Origin: a bacterium
GTDB taxonomy: Bacteria > Patescibacteriota > Patescibacteriia > Patescibacteriales > GWE2-39-37
Direction of reading: 5' to 3'
DNA: 64,000 nucleotides
NCBI GenBank assembly: GCA_037146995.1
Contig: JBAWWA010000001.1
Coordinates: 9,072 to 73,071 of the forward strand
Below, piece by piece: positions 1 to 8,628 of the stretch. The notes beneath the pieces were generated by a model. The model was not told where the DNA came from. It ran no database searches and was given only the letters and a program-made list of their open reading frames with translations. Numbering within the stretch: position 1 is the first letter of the stretch; the number at the start of each line of letters is the position of its first letter. The position numbers and the translations under genes were made by a program.

Positions 1-190
1 ACAACATGTTTTGTGCCAACTCAAAACCAGTTATTTTTTCAGTGCCTAGCCAGTTGCCAATTTCATGTGTAGTACCGGCTAAACCGCCGGTCACAGCCCC
101 GATTACAACAGGTTTTAGGCCATATCGAGCGGCATAAATAGAGGCGTTGAGTCCGGCGGGACCAGCACCGATTATTGCTATATCGTACAT
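1..190 (-). CDS. trxB: Thioredoxin-disulfide reductase, N-terminal fragment (gene runs off the window start)
   Basis: Not in the ORF track because it is truncated. The reverse complement from ATG at 190-188 reads MYDIAIIGAGPAGLNASIYAARYGLKPVVIGAVTGGLAGTTHEIGNWLGTEKITGFELAQNML. This carries the GxGxxG FAD Rossmann motif and a typical TrxB N-terminus. Confidence 0.7.
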   Translation of the reverse strand, partial: MYDIAIIGAGPAGLNASIYAARYGLKPVVIGAVTGGLAGTTHEIGNWLGTEKITGFELAQNML

Positions 191-216
191 ATTTATTTTT
201 TAGAGTAAATTAGCTA

Positions 217-1113
217 CTAACCTCTTTTTAGGTACACCTTAATGAAGCTAGACTTCAGATCTGCACCCTGTTTAGGTAAATCTTCCAACTTATTATTCTT
301 CGCAGAAGTTGTTAAAGTTTCTAAATTGGCACGGATAGTCTGAATTTCAGAATCATTAGCCATCTCTTCAACTATCTTTAATTTTGCATCAACATCTGGG
401 TAAGCTGCAATAACTGCATTAGCATCTTTGGCAGTACCAGCCTCGACAGACACCTCCATAGCATCGTGAAAATCTGATAACGCCATGCCAAGCATTGAGA
501 AGTTATTGCGTTTCAAAATATCCTGAAACTCAGTTCTGATTGGTTCAAGTTCTTTGTGTAAGGTTGGCAGATCGCCATTACTTATTCCGTCTTTAGCCGA
601 TGTAATTTGTCCACTAATCTTTTCTAAATCTTCATCAAATTGACTATCTGAACGAATTACTACTGGCTTGTAAGCCTTGTACTTAGACTGAAAGGCTGAA
701 AATGAAGCTACTAGTTTATCATAGTTAGCAATGCTTTCTGGACGCTTGTTTTGACCAGTATTGAAAAGAGTTTGTTTGTAATTATTGTTCATCGTGTTGA
801 AGTCCTCCACAAAGGTTTTTCTCGTAAAGAAACTACTGGCGTAACTGCCAGCAACAAGACTCACCAAAATCAGAATTGAAAGTGTCCAAATCATAATCTT
901 GCCAGGCTCTGATAATATTTTGTTGGTATCAATACCGAAGATAGCATACAGAGCACAGAAACCAGTGGCCGCAGTAAATAACATCACCGCACCCAATACA
1001 TAAAAAATAATCTGAACCGCACCACCAAACCAATAATATCCACCTAATAAGAGCAATGAGGCAAGTAGACCTCTGAACAATCTGTCTGTTAAATTCTCGT
1101 TTTGTTTAATCAT
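217..1113 (-). CDS. Membrane protein with DUF2892/YgaP-like N-terminal membrane hairpin and helical soluble C-terminal domain
   Basis: 298-aa ORF. The N-terminus LLLLGGYYWFGG...TAATGFCALYAIFGIDT resembles the DUF2892 membrane hairpin. A third TM helix follows, then a long helical region. Function unknown. Confidence 0.6.
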   Translation of the reverse strand: MIKQNENLTDRLFRGLLASLLLLGGYYWFGGAVQIIFYVLGAVMLFTAATGFCALYAIFGIDTNKILSEPGKIMIWTLSILILVSLVAGSYASSFFTRKTFVEDFNTMNNNYKQTLFNTGQNKRPESIANYDKLVASFSAFQSKYKAYKPVVIRSDSQFDEDLEKISGQITSAKDGISNGDLPTLHKELEPIRTEFQDILKRNNFSMLGMALSDFHDAMEVSVEAGTAKDANAVIAAYPDVDAKLKIVEEMANDSEIQTIRANLETLTTSAKNNKLEDLPKQGADLKSSFIKVYLKRG

Positions 1114-1131
1114 ATAATTTTGATTTATTAT

Positions 1132-1395
1132 TTACTTTAAGTAACTTTGTAATAGTTTAATATTTTTATCCAAGTAAGCTTGGTTAAGCTTGTAAACCAC
1201 TTTGGAGCCAATTTTTTCTGACTCGATCAACTTGGCTTGCTTTAGAACTCGGAGATGATGAGAGGTTAGATTTTGTGGCATATCCAACTTTTTCCACAAC
1301 TCTCCAACGCAACATTCTTTTTTTAGGTGATTTAGTATCAGCATCCGCCTTGGCTCTCCAATAGCCTTAATGAAAGAAAATAGTTCTTTATTCAT
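1132..1395 (-). CDS. ArsR/SmtB-family metalloregulatory transcription factor
   Basis: 87-aa ORF with a winged-HTH core RMLILNHLKKECCVGELWKKLDMPQNLTSHHLRVLKQAKLI. The ECCVGEL segment sits where ArsR has its ELCVCDL metal site. Confidence 0.8.
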   Translation of the reverse strand: MNKELFSFIKAIGEPRRMLILNHLKKECCVGELWKKLDMPQNLTSHHLRVLKQAKLIESEKIGSKVVYKLNQAYLDKNIKLLQSYLK

Positions 1396-1489
1396 ATCAA
1401 TTTAAATTATATCAATTTATATTGATATACTATCTTATTATTAAGCCCTCGTCAAGAGGGCTAATAATTTAATAACTTTGGATAAATTT

Positions 1490-2623
1490 TTATTTACCTG
1501 CTTTTCTAATTACTTCTCTGAAATCCTCAGTTTCCAAGACTGCACCGGTAGCATTTTTGAGATTAAATTTTGCACCGATATCTTTTAATAACAATGTCTG
1601 ATCAATATCTTGAGGCAGATTAAGTTCTTTAACAAATACACTGAGCGGTACGCCAGAGTCTTCTACTACTTTTTTAAGTGAATTACTGCCACGGATATTG
1701 GCAACATCAACTTTTCCAGCCGTATTAACAATATTCGAAGGCGCTTTAGTCTCCCAAAGAGGTGTTGCTATAATAACCAGCAATGGAATGAAAAATGTTA
1801 ACATAGCAATTACTCCGAATGCTTTTTTGGTAATAACTTTATCAAAAACCTTGGCCTTCAAACTGCTTTCCGGACAATCACTAACACAATTCAAGCAACT
1901 TATGCAGTCAGCCGAATTAATAACTTGTGCATCCTTAATATTCAAGTTGGCTGGACAGGTCTTATTACATAAACCACAAGAAACACAGGTTGAGCTATCA
2001 CGGACTATCTTAAATGGACTGATTTTTTTTATAATTGCCATAGTTGCACCGAGTGGGCACAAATATCTGCACCACCAGTTTTTTGAAAATAAAGCTGAGA
2101 ACAGTACCACGCCTAAAATAGCATAGGCAATCACTTTTTCTTCATACTCATTACCAAAGTGCATCAAGGCATTATATGGATCATAGTTACGGAAAAATAG
2201 GTCACCAGTCTTATAGGAATAATAGATTATGAATAACAAGATGAAATACTTCAAGTATCTAGCATATTTATCCATAATCGCAGGCAACTCTATGTCTTTC
2301 TTAATGCCAATCTTTCTACCTAGGTCCCTGATCCACTCTTGTATTGCCCCTAGCGGACATAGATAAGAACAAAAAACACGACCAAATACAATGGTAGTTA
2401 AAATGGTTATGATCATTAATATAAATGAACTAGTCCAGATGCGATTTAAGTAGTTACCGGTGGTGACCTTGGTTAGAAAACTTTCAACTGCCCCAAATGG
2501 ACAATAGGCATCGATTGAGGCAGCCTTTTCAATGCCGTACCTCAAATGACTTAATGATAAAAAGGTTAAGATGGCAAAAACGCCGATCTGTACTAATCTT
2601 CTGGTGGTAAATATTTGTTTCAT
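1490..2623 (-). CDS. Membrane-bound 4Fe-4S polyferredoxin (NapH/MauN/YccM-like)
   Basis: 377-aa ORF with multiple TM helices. Two CxxxCPLGA motifs (CSYLCPLGA, CRYLCPLGA) and two ferredoxin cluster motifs (CVSCGLCNKTCP, CISCLNCVSDCP). Confidence 0.8.
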   Translation of the reverse strand: MKQIFTTRRLVQIGVFAILTFLSLSHLRYGIEKAASIDAYCPFGAVESFLTKVTTGNYLNRIWTSSFILMIITILTTIVFGRVFCSYLCPLGAIQEWIRDLGRKIGIKKDIELPAIMDKYARYLKYFILLFIIYYSYKTGDLFFRNYDPYNALMHFGNEYEEKVIAYAILGVVLFSALFSKNWWCRYLCPLGATMAIIKKISPFKIVRDSSTCVSCGLCNKTCPANLNIKDAQVINSADCISCLNCVSDCPESSLKAKVFDKVITKKAFGVIAMLTFFIPLLVIIATPLWETKAPSNIVNTAGKVDVANIRGSNSLKKVVEDSGVPLSVFVKELNLPQDIDQTLLLKDIGAKFNLKNATGAVLETEDFREVIRKAGK

Positions 2624-2666
2624 AAAAAGAGAAATAGCCCCGCTTCCGCAGGGCTATTTATGTATT

Positions 2667-3062
2667 TTATTTTGTAAGTTGCTCCATGTGATCGCAAATA
2701 CCATTATTATTGGCATCTACAAAATTAGCATCTCGTCCTCCGCCATTATGCATAGGACAACCAGCACCCTGACCATTACCGCCATTCATACCACAACCAC
2801 CACTATTGCCTCGTCCTTGGCCCAGTCCGAGTGTAGTACGAATTTTTTGAGCACCAGCATAATCACCATTAGCCATCAGTTGATGCATTTGTGTAAATTG
2901 GTCAAAGTTCTTATCAGTTACCACACTAGCAGCTCGACCTCTGTTATTACCCATTACCGCTTTCCATGAAGCGTAGTTATTGTTTGCAGCGAATGCTACG
3001 GAGGTGGCTGTAATAGCCAAAATGCCAACACCTAAGCCGGCTAAAAGATATTTCTTGTTCAT
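2667..3062 (-). CDS. Small secreted Gly/Asn-rich protein with Cys/Met/His motifs, unknown function
   Basis: 131-aa ORF with a signal peptide (LLAGLGVGILAITATSVAFA). It also has a low-complexity stretch GGCGMNGGNGQGAGCPMHNGGG and GICDHMEQ near the C-terminus. No family recognised. Confidence 0.6.
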   Translation of the reverse strand: MNKKYLLAGLGVGILAITATSVAFAANNNYASWKAVMGNNRGRAASVVTDKNFDQFTQMHQLMANGDYAGAQKIRTTLGLGQGRGNSGGCGMNGGNGQGAGCPMHNGGGRDANFVDANNNGICDHMEQLTK

Positions 3063-3139
3063 ATTCTTTAATTTATTAAATAAGAGTGAAAGTTAAGCCT
3101 TTCACTCTTATTACGCACGCCGTTAAATTTTTCTTTCAC

Positions 3140-3877
3140 TTAACGCATCATACCACAACTGCCAGCACCAACAGGATTTTGCATCATAGCGCAATTACCA
3201 TTACCGATCAATGGTCTAACCTCATCTGTTTTGAAATTATTACCATTGGCAGTGCCAATTAATTTTATCTCTAAGCCAATTTCAGGGATTAAATTATGAC
3301 GCCATAATGCACCACTAGCATCCACCAACCACTCTTTGCCGGCAAAATCCTTTAAGTAAAAACTCTGCTCATTAACTATTTTACTAATTTGTCCAGCGAT
3401 CAAACCATTACTTGGGTTTTGCCATACTTGCATCATGTACATCTGCCGATCTTGATAATATGGAGCTTTGCTAATTACAGAATCTAAGTCTTGGCTTAGG
3501 CCGAGGTAATAAAATAACCAACCAAATAAAATTGCCATGGCTATTAGAACAAGGCTAACCGACTTAATTGATAATCTATAGCCTCGACCAGTATTGCGAA
3601 AATCATAAAGCGCAAAAAGTGCGCCCAATATGAACAGGCTAATCAATATTAATGGCATTCGACCAAAAAGCAACCCAAAACCAAATCTACCACCATGTAA
3701 CCATGGTCCGTCTGACCAAAAATACATTAGTAAACCAACGGAAGCAGTTGCTATTACAATCAATAAACTAAAACCAAGCCATCGACCACTATCACGTAGC
3801 TGAAATTGCCACCTTGGTTTGGGCGCTATCTTCTCTGTTTTGATTTTATTTAATACCTTATCGCTTATTGTATTCAT
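3140..3877 (-). CDS. Membrane protein, putative anti-sigma factor partner of the upstream ECF sigma
   Basis: 245-aa ORF starting 4 nt after the sigma-factor stop. It has a short cytoplasmic N-terminus, about 4 TM helices and an extracytoplasmic C-terminal domain ending NGNCAMMQNPVGAGSCGMMR. Same architecture as 7186..7905. Confidence 0.6.
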   Translation of the reverse strand: MNTISDKVLNKIKTEKIAPKPRWQFQLRDSGRWLGFSLLIVIATASVGLLMYFWSDGPWLHGGRFGFGLLFGRMPLILISLFILGALFALYDFRNTGRGYRLSIKSVSLVLIAMAILFGWLFYYLGLSQDLDSVISKAPYYQDRQMYMMQVWQNPSNGLIAGQISKIVNEQSFYLKDFAGKEWLVDASGALWRHNLIPEIGLEIKLIGTANGNNFKTDEVRPLIGNGNCAMMQNPVGAGSCGMMR

Positions 3878-3881
3878 AATA

Positions 3882-4472
3882 TTAATTTAGTTCTTGCCCC
3901 TCTGCTAATTTAATAAACTGCTTCTTAGCTCGATTGACCAGAGTAGCAATAGTGCCCATGGGCTTTTTCAAAATATCTGACATCTCGCTATAATCCTTTT
4001 CTTCAAAATACTTCAGTACAAGTATCTCCCGATACTTTGGATCGAGCTTGTCTAAAACTAATTTGGTTCTTTTACTTAAAATATCCTGATCAAGCTTCAT
4101 GCTAGGACAACTACTCAAGATTAATTCTTGCCACGGTTCCAAGTCAGTCAATTCAACCGTTGGTCGGACATTGATTTTGCGAAACATACTGATGGTCTGA
4201 TTGTGAGCAATGCGATATATCCAACTAGAAAATTTTAACTTCTTGTCAAAATCATTAAGATGCATGTAGGCATTCAAAAACACTTCTTGCAACACATCAT
4301 CAGTATCTGACTCCCTGCAACCAAGGCGAAAAACATAACGCCGCAAAGCCTCAGTATAGCGATTAACCAGACAGGCGTAATAGTCTGAATTAGCCAAAAC
4401 CAAATCAACTAATGCCTCGTCTCCATGTTTTTCACATTCATCTTCTAAAACCATAAAAAAAGTGTAGCACAC
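3882..4472 (-). CDS. RNA polymerase sigma factor, ECF/sigma-70 family
   Basis: 196-aa ORF with region 2 (FSSWIYRIAHNQTISMFRK) and region 4 HTH (EKDYSEMSDILKKPMGTIATLVNRAKKQF). ATG at 4454 is an alternative start. Confidence 0.85.
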   Translation of the reverse strand: MCYTFFMVLEDECEKHGDEALVDLVLANSDYYACLVNRYTEALRRYVFRLGCRESDTDDVLQEVFLNAYMHLNDFDKKLKFSSWIYRIAHNQTISMFRKINVRPTVELTDLEPWQELILSSCPSMKLDQDILSKRTKLVLDKLDPKYREILVLKYFEEKDYSEMSDILKKPMGTIATLVNRAKKQFIKLAEGQELN

Positions 4473-4567
4473 ATTATACGCATGCTACACTAGTTTTCTT
4501 TCAATGTTTATAAATACCTAGAAATATTAAACCCTCATCATTATTAGCTACGGCATATTTACAAGAG

Positions 4568-6232
4568 TTACTTTCCTGAATTCTCAGTAATGAAAGTTGT
4601 TGGTGCTGTAGTCTGACCAGCCGTACTTGGCATTGTTCCAGTGTCAAAGAAAAAGTCTGTACTTGGAATTTCTGGTGTGCTAACAGGGGTTGAAAAACGA
4701 TATGCACCTTGCGGCACGACTGTAAGATTTCGGAGCTTCACCAAGGCAGTTCTCTGAGTATCAGTCAGTGTTTTATTAACTGCTGCAAACCTCTGAGCAT
4801 AAAGTGCTGACATTTGACCATCCAAGGCACCATAGCGTTCAATTAAACTATATACCTTGGCTTTGTCTGGTGTACCACCAGTCATCGCCTTACGTAGTTC
4901 TGTCGAAACAGTGGTGCGAATCTGAGCAATTTCCGTAAGTGCTGCTTTTTGTTCAGTTATAATGCCAGTGATCAATGCACGTTGCTCAGTATTTAGAACT
5001 TTTAGAAATTCTTGTCCACTATCACCAGTAATCGCTGTACTAATAAAATAACTTGGATTATTCATAGCAGGATAATCTTTCATGTAAAAGCCTCCAAAGT
5101 AAGTCCCATGACGTTCTGGACAGAAATAAACATCTGCCGTTAAACTACCCTTATACCAAGAGAATAACTCACTAGCATATGTCATTAATGCCACGAATTC
5201 ATTGTTGGTCAAATTCTTTTTTAAGGTAGCATCCTCGGATACATCCGGCCAAGTGTTATAATTATTAAATTGCATCTTGGCCAAATAGGCTTTTTGCTCA
5301 TCAGTGAATGAGTTGATTATTTGTCCAACAACGACAGCACGGTTATAGCTTAGATCAGCATCTGATTTATATAGATTGGAGGTGTAAGCTGAAGCCACAG
5401 CTGTATCCAAAGTTTTGGTTGATGATAAGCTTTGTCTAAAAGCACTCATCAAAGGAAACCTATTATAGGCAAAGTTTGAATAAATTGGTGCTTGTTCTTT
5501 AGCCAGTGCAAGTAATTTTGCCTTTTGCTCGTCATTTAATATATATAGCACATTGTTAGCAACTCGCGACAAAAAAGTGGTGTTGTGACCAAAGCCAGCC
5601 ACATCAACATCTCTCATATACTGAAAGCCAAAGAAATCAGCAACCTTTCCCGGAGGAAAAAATGAATCAGCACCAGTACTGCCGGTCAAGAAGGCTAAAC
5701 CACTAAAAGCAATAGTTGAAAGCTGAGCATTATCACTCATGGCTTGTTCAAGTGAGTATTGATTACTACTTGTGGCTTTTGTCTGAATAGGCGCAGTGCT
5801 AGTTGCTTTATTATCAGCTTTTTTTACATCTGCAATTACCTTAAAATCTTTCTTTAGCACTGCCACCCAATCTGCTTTAGACATTGGGAGCTTCTTTACT
5901 GCCTTGTTGAAGGCGATAACCATTTCATAGCGTTTTTGCATCGTCAGTTTTTTTGTACCCTTAGTGCCATAAACTATGAAATTATTTAGCGAATATCTCT
6001 CTGTCTGTTTTACATTCTTAATATTTTTGATCAGCGGTGTTGTGTATTTTGCCATCGCTGAAGCTTGAGCTTTCTTGTTTAGCTTGGTTCCGGTATTTTT
6101 TAATATTACGTTAACATTAGTACCGCTATCAATTATAACCTTTGCCTCACTTTCTTCATTAGCGGCCAACACACTACCAGCCACCGCAAAACAAATGAAA
6201 AGCGAAAGTAATCCTAGATATATCTTTTTCAT
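4568..6232 (-). CDS. Secreted protein, unknown function
   Basis: 554-aa ORF with a clear signal peptide (LLSLFICFAVAGSVLAA). No family recognised. Last gene of the second ECF-sigma module. Confidence 0.75.
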   Translation of the reverse strand: MKKIYLGLLSLFICFAVAGSVLAANEESEAKVIIDSGTNVNVILKNTGTKLNKKAQASAMAKYTTPLIKNIKNVKQTERYSLNNFIVYGTKGTKKLTMQKRYEMVIAFNKAVKKLPMSKADWVAVLKKDFKVIADVKKADNKATSTAPIQTKATSSNQYSLEQAMSDNAQLSTIAFSGLAFLTGSTGADSFFPPGKVADFFGFQYMRDVDVAGFGHNTTFLSRVANNVLYILNDEQKAKLLALAKEQAPIYSNFAYNRFPLMSAFRQSLSSTKTLDTAVASAYTSNLYKSDADLSYNRAVVVGQIINSFTDEQKAYLAKMQFNNYNTWPDVSEDATLKKNLTNNEFVALMTYASELFSWYKGSLTADVYFCPERHGTYFGGFYMKDYPAMNNPSYFISTAITGDSGQEFLKVLNTEQRALITGIITEQKAALTEIAQIRTTVSTELRKAMTGGTPDKAKVYSLIERYGALDGQMSALYAQRFAAVNKTLTDTQRTALVKLRNLTVVPQGAYRFSTPVSTPEIPSTDFFFDTGTMPSTAGQTTAPTTFITENSGK

Positions 6233-6300
6233 ATGCTTATCTTAATTTAATAATTGGGCAAATAAAAAGAGAGGGTTCCGTTCTCTCTTTCTATTTTTAT

Positions 6301-7110
6301 TTATTGTGCAGGTGAATCAGTCGTACTGCCACCATCCTCGATTGCTATAGTATTAGCACTGGTGGTAGTTGTAGTCTGTAATGCAGAGCAACTTTTCAAA
6401 TCAGCATTGTAGGTTGTCCAGTTACTGGTTTTTGTTGCTTCCATTGAGGTATTAATTTCTTCCATTGACGATTTAAAGCTTTCTGCACATATCTTGTTAG
6501 CAGCACCTTGCTCTTTAGCCGTTGTTTTATCAAGTGCGGCCTTTTGACAGGTATTTCTAGCATCAATTGCTGCAAAAACCTTTTCACCTCGACTGGTAAC
6601 AACAGACTTTTCTGCAAGATCTTTTTTATCAATGGCTGCCTTTACACAAGCTAGAGCTTCTGGTGTCACGTAAACTGGTGGCTTTTGTGCTCCACCTTTT
6701 CTAACTCCGTAAAGTGTTGAGCCAATCTTTTGTACTTTTTCAAAGTTCTTTATCTCGTTTGGATGAGAAATTTTTTCCAAGGTTGATGTTCCAACTCCCT
6801 TTGGTGGTTTTTCACCTCTTGGTTTCGTTGATGAAGCATTGGCTGGTTTTTCACCCTTTGGCTTACCTGGATTAGACCCTCTTTGATCTTTTGGTTTGCC
6901 CATCAAAGCATTGCCAACCTTTTTAATATTTTGGAAATTCTTAATCTGATCTGGTGATGGTATTCTTTGCAAATCTTGGTTATCGTTTTGAGGTGGCGGC
7001 GGACCTTGAGTTAGGCCATTTTCATCTTGCGGAACTTCTTGAGCGTAACTGATTCCGCCAAAGGAGAAAACTAGGGCAAAAATCATAAATGCTAGCGAGA
7101 TTTTTTTCAT
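6301..7110 (-). CDS. Secreted Pro/Lys-rich repeat protein, unknown function
   Basis: 269-aa ORF with a signal peptide (FALVFSFGGISYAQE). Internal repeat IPSPDQIKNFQNIKKVGNALMG / ISHPNEIKNFEKVQKIGSTLYG, followed by a Cys-containing helical C-terminal part. Confidence 0.7.
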   Translation of the reverse strand: MKKISLAFMIFALVFSFGGISYAQEVPQDENGLTQGPPPPQNDNQDLQRIPSPDQIKNFQNIKKVGNALMGKPKDQRGSNPGKPKGEKPANASSTKPRGEKPPKGVGTSTLEKISHPNEIKNFEKVQKIGSTLYGVRKGGAQKPPVYVTPEALACVKAAIDKKDLAEKSVVTSRGEKVFAAIDARNTCQKAALDKTTAKEQGAANKICAESFKSSMEEINTSMEATKTSNWTTYNADLKSCSALQTTTTTSANTIAIEDGGSTTDSPAQ

Positions 7111-7185
7111 ACTTTTAATTTAATTTATTAGTTTGAGTACTCTCTGCATATTACTACAATATTTATTTCGGTTTATATCACAATA

Positions 7186-7905
7186 TTATGGCTTACCACC
7201 TAGGGGTGCATTATCAATAGCCTCCGCCTCGATAACACCATCAATAACTTTACCTAATACTAATAATCTCCCACCTTTGAATATTTTAAAATTTTTACCA
7301 ACCTGAGTTTTGGCTGTAATTTTAATGCTTGTTGTTGATCTATCTCTATTTTCCAAAACAAAACCGTTATCTATTACTTCAATGACAGTGCCGGGATGAA
7401 AATCAACAGAATTCGGTCTAGTGTATTCATCATAAAACATTTTGGCATAGCCGGGATTATTTTTCTTTATCGCTTTATATATTGATTCATGAATTGCAGT
7501 TTGCCGCACAGCAAAACTCACGGCTAAGACAATTACAATGATACCAACAGCAGAATATAATAACGGCTTGCGATACACAAAGCTATAGCGGCTAACCAGC
7601 GCTTCAAGGGTTATTATCAATATTAAAGCTAGAAAAATCAAAAACCACGGGAAATTGCTCAACAACAATTCAACACCCTTAATGCCAAACATTGGCAAAT
7701 ACCACAACTCGGATGCCTGTAAGGCATAAATAACAAAGCTTAATAAAAATAACACAAAAGCAATGACTACTGTTATGGCTAATATATACAGCGCCCCTCG
7801 CATAACAAAAACGGCCTTAGGGGTTTTTTTAATTTCTCCTTTGGATATCTTAGATAAGACAACGTCTTTAATGTTACTAGCGTGATTACTCATATATTTA
7901 CTCAT
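7186..7905 (-). CDS. Membrane protein, putative anti-sigma factor partner of the upstream ECF sigma
   Basis: 239-aa ORF whose start overlaps the sigma-factor stop by 8 nt. N-terminal cytoplasmic segment, about 4 TM helices and a C-terminal beta-rich domain. Architectural paralogue of 3140..3877. Confidence 0.6.
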   Translation of the reverse strand: MSKYMSNHASNIKDVVLSKISKGEIKKTPKAVFVMRGALYILAITVVIAFVLFLLSFVIYALQASELWYLPMFGIKGVELLLSNFPWFLIFLALILIITLEALVSRYSFVYRKPLLYSAVGIIVIVLAVSFAVRQTAIHESIYKAIKKNNPGYAKMFYDEYTRPNSVDFHPGTVIEVIDNGFVLENRDRSTTSIKITAKTQVGKNFKIFKGGRLLVLGKVIDGVIEAEAIDNAPLGGKP

Positions 7906-8479
7906 TGGTCATGAATTTTCGTAACAACTTTTTTCCCCTACTCAGGCGAATGCCTACGGCCGGAACTGGAATATGTAAAACGTCAGCAATCTCTTTGTAA
8001 TTTAATTCTTGAAAATAATACAAAACTAAAACTTCGCGGTATTTAATATCAACTTTACTAATACTGTCATCTAGAGATGCTCGCAGTTCATTATCAATAA
8101 TTTCTCGATCAGGCTCATCTTTAGAAAATAGCTCGGGAAAAAAGACATCGACACTAACCACAAACGAACGCTCCCTAGTAGTCTTTTTTATTTCATTAAT
8201 AAAACAATTGTGGGCGATCCGATAAAGCCAAGGTGAGAATTTTTTGGACAAATCAAAACTAGCGATATTAACATACGCCTTTATAAAGACTTCCTGAACC
8301 ATGTCCTTGGCGTTTTCAGAGTCAAACAAGAACTTGCGAGCGTAACTCAACATCTTGGCCTCATAACGTTCAACAAGGTGACCAAATTGCTCATTATCAC
8401 CATCTTGGACAAGTTTTACTAAATTTTCATCAGTAATATTTTCCACGGCTCTACTTATTATTACAATTTTTTTAAACAC
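7898..8479 (-). CDS. RNA polymerase sigma factor, ECF/sigma-70 family
   Basis: 193-aa ORF with region 2 (FSPWLYRIAHNCFINEIKK) and region 4 HTH (ELNYKEIADVLHIPVPAVGIRLSRGKKLL). Confidence 0.85.
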   Translation of the reverse strand: MFKKIVIISRAVENITDENLVKLVQDGDNEQFGHLVERYEAKMLSYARKFLFDSENAKDMVQEVFIKAYVNIASFDLSKKFSPWLYRIAHNCFINEIKKTTRERSFVVSVDVFFPELFSKDEPDREIIDNELRASLDDSISKVDIKYREVLVLYYFQELNYKEIADVLHIPVPAVGIRLSRGKKLLRKFMTNE

Positions 8480-8628
8480 TTATATCATGTTTATTAGTAT
8501 ATACTAAATTATGTAAAAAAAATAAGGCCAATTTTAACCTTATTTTTCCTTATCCTCCTCTTTAAAATATTGGCCAGGATTAATTCTTTGGTCTATTTTG
8601 AGTAATAGACGAAAAAACTAAACTAGAG

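Noticed and set aside
1698-2969. Plus-strand ORFs 1698..2126 and 2571..2969
   Set aside because: They are antisense to the polyferredoxin gene and the small secreted protein gene, which have clear motifs. There is no independent support.
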